Source of the DNA: an uncultured virus (IMG/VR IMGVR_UViG_3300024270_000031)
Taxonomy: Duplodnaviria > Heunggongvirae > Uroviricota > Caudoviricetes
Reading direction: 5' to 3' (one strand)
IMG/VR virus record: IMGVR_UViG_3300024270_000031
Span: 62,001-126,000 of that record
DNA: 64,000 nt
Shown here: piece after piece, positions 62,758 to 64,000 of the stretch
Numbering within the stretch: the first letter of the stretch is position 1
How the letters are laid out: each line of letters opens with the position of its first letter
Notes under the pieces: generated by a model
Seen by the model: only the letters and a program-made list of their open reading frames with translations
Database searches by the model: none
What the model was told of the DNA's origin: nothing
Translations under genes and position numbers: made by a program

Positions 62758-63270
62758 ATGAAGAAAGATAATCAGAACATTGAAAATGTTGCGAAGGATA
62801 CCAAGCTTGGCTACTCCTTCTATTCCAGATTGCTCGGCAAGCCTTTCGATACAGTAGAAGAGCTTGCTGCAGCAGAAACTGCTTACTATGATAAGCTCAG
62901 AGCTAAGGATGAGAAAGCCGCTGCTAAGAAAGCAGATGCTCAGAAAGTAGAGGATGCTTTTAAAGCTCTCAACGCAGCTCGTAGAGATTATAAGAGTAAG
63001 CTTAATCAGCTTACGGAAGAGTTCAGTGAAGCACTCGCAGACCTTAAGAAAGCTTACGAGCTTGGTAAGGCTGACATCCATAACACTCTCGCTGCCGCAG
63101 AGAAAGCTTATGATGATGCGCTCAGAACCTTTACCGAAAAGTATCCTGAAGGATATCACCTTACTCTTAAGGATGGCGATTTCGAAACGACTATTAGTAG
63201 TCAGACCACGAAGAATACTTTTGATAATAAGAATCTCGCGGATATCTTCAGCCTGCTGTTTAATATTTAA
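62758..63270 (+). CDS. Coiled-coil hypothetical protein
   Basis: FYSRLLGKPFDTVEEL..AE followed by an Ala/Lys-rich helix. Confidence 0.7.
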   Translation: MKKDNQNIENVAKDTKLGYSFYSRLLGKPFDTVEELAAAETAYYDKLRAKDEKAAAKKADAQKVEDAFKALNAARRDYKSKLNQLTEEFSEALADLKKAYELGKADIHNTLAAAEKAYDDALRTFTEKYPEGYHLTLKDGDFETTISSQTTKNTFDNKNLADIFSLLFNI

Positions 63271-63370
63271 GTATACATAAAAAATTACTGAGACAATTTA
63301 AAAATTTCGATTTTTTATTGTATTATATAATATAAGATGAAAATCTTGTAGACAAGTTTCCTCCTTTGTT

Positions 63371-63406
63371 AAACGCCTTGATGATTCCTCCGATCAAGGC
63401 GTTTTT
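63371..63406 (+). terminator. Terminator-like hairpin between promoter motif and gene
   Basis: AAACGCCTTGAT...ATCAAGGCGTTTTT. Confidence 0.6.
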
Positions 63407-63431
63407 ATTTTATTTAGTTATAGGATGTATT

Positions 63432-63809
63432 ATGCAAACAACAGAAGCACAACAGCTTTTATCAGAAATATTTGAACGAGCCGAAAAAGAACAGATTACA
63501 GAATTTCAGCTTATTACTTCTTGGGATGCTTTTATAGGCTGCTGGAAATTCCATAAAGCAACTAAGTTAATTATTAACGCTCTTAAAGATTCTTCTGCAA
63601 CCTTATTTAAGGAGTACTGTAGTGAGGTAGCTACCGGATCTGCTGTAGTAGAAAAGCTTCTTGCTTATAATAGACTGCAGAACGTTATTGAGTTCTATGA
63701 GAGAGATCTTGCGGTATTACGAAGTATGCTGGATGAGTACGATGAATATCTTGGGAATGGCCACTTCTGGTATTCTTTCTTAGGAGGCGAGAGGGACTTA
63801 TGGAACTAA
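63432..63809 (+). CDS. Hypothetical protein
   Basis: ATG at 63432 after AGGA. Confidence 0.6.
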   Translation: MQTTEAQQLLSEIFERAEKEQITEFQLITSWDAFIGCWKFHKATKLIINALKDSSATLFKEYCSEVATGSAVVEKLLAYNRLQNVIEFYERDLAVLRSMLDEYDEYLGNGHFWYSFLGGERDLWN

Positions 63810-64000
63810 CTACTCTATTTCAGACTTATGCTGAGCTTGAGAACCCGCCGGTAATTGAACTACTTAATATCCGGAAAGAACCGGTTGGAGCTATCTATTT
63901 AGATAAGTTTAAGTATAAGAATTTCGTAGTATCCGAAACGAATAACTCTGAGAAGTACTATCTTTATGTCGATGGACTCGGAATTTATTTCTCTTTTTAT
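63800..64000 (+). CDS. Hypothetical protein, 3'-truncated by the window edge
   Basis: GAGGG RBS; open frame MELTTLFQTYAELENPP... to the end of the window. Confidence 0.5.
   Translation, partial: MELTTLFQTYAELENPPVIELLNIRKEPVGAIYLDKFKYKNFVVSETNNSEKYYLYVDGLGIYFSFY

Overview
A 64-kb segment of a large, AT-rich, contractile-tailed (myovirus) dsDNA phage with T4-like head and tail genes. The host is probably a low-GC Bacillota species, inferred from AGGAG/GAAAGG ribosome-binding sites, a lipoprotein gene and host-like genes. All credible genes are on the + strand. Order: (1) 0-16 kb replication, recombination and regulation: partial GIY-YIG endonuclease, a bacterial-type clamp loader (DnaX/HolB/HolA), a PD-(D/E)XK nuclease, SbcD/SbcC, candidate late sigma, Mor-like and HU-like regulators, a possible TerS, topoisomerase IA, and several host-derived proteins that have lost their catalytic residues. 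(2) 16-26 kb late-promoter cluster: MoxR-type AAA, HEXXH metallopeptidase, vWA protein, Pol-beta nucleotidyltransferase, SWIM protein. (3) 26-51 kb morphogenesis: TerL, portal, protease-scaffold fusion, gp23-like MCP, neck, sheath, tube, a tail chaperone with a probable +1/-2 frameshift, tape measure and a partial baseplate. (4) 51-64 kb accessory cassettes: YqeY, SPFH, NadR+PnuC, lipoprotein, a repeat protein, an HD-like protein, a palindrome-rich non-coding region, a SNF2 helicase and Zn-finger proteins. Two promoter-like motifs divide the genes: YGTATWATAWA (early/middle) and GCTAAATTA (11 copies, late). Main observation: non-structural genes under the late motif encode modular proteins whose domains are bounded by [L/I/V/M]-x-E motifs of the T4 prohead-protease type, and two of them share an F-K-[L/I]-Y-E-x-M-W tag. 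This suggests a set of capsid-packaged, protease-processed cargo polyproteins. All product calls come from motif recognition by eye; no database search was run.
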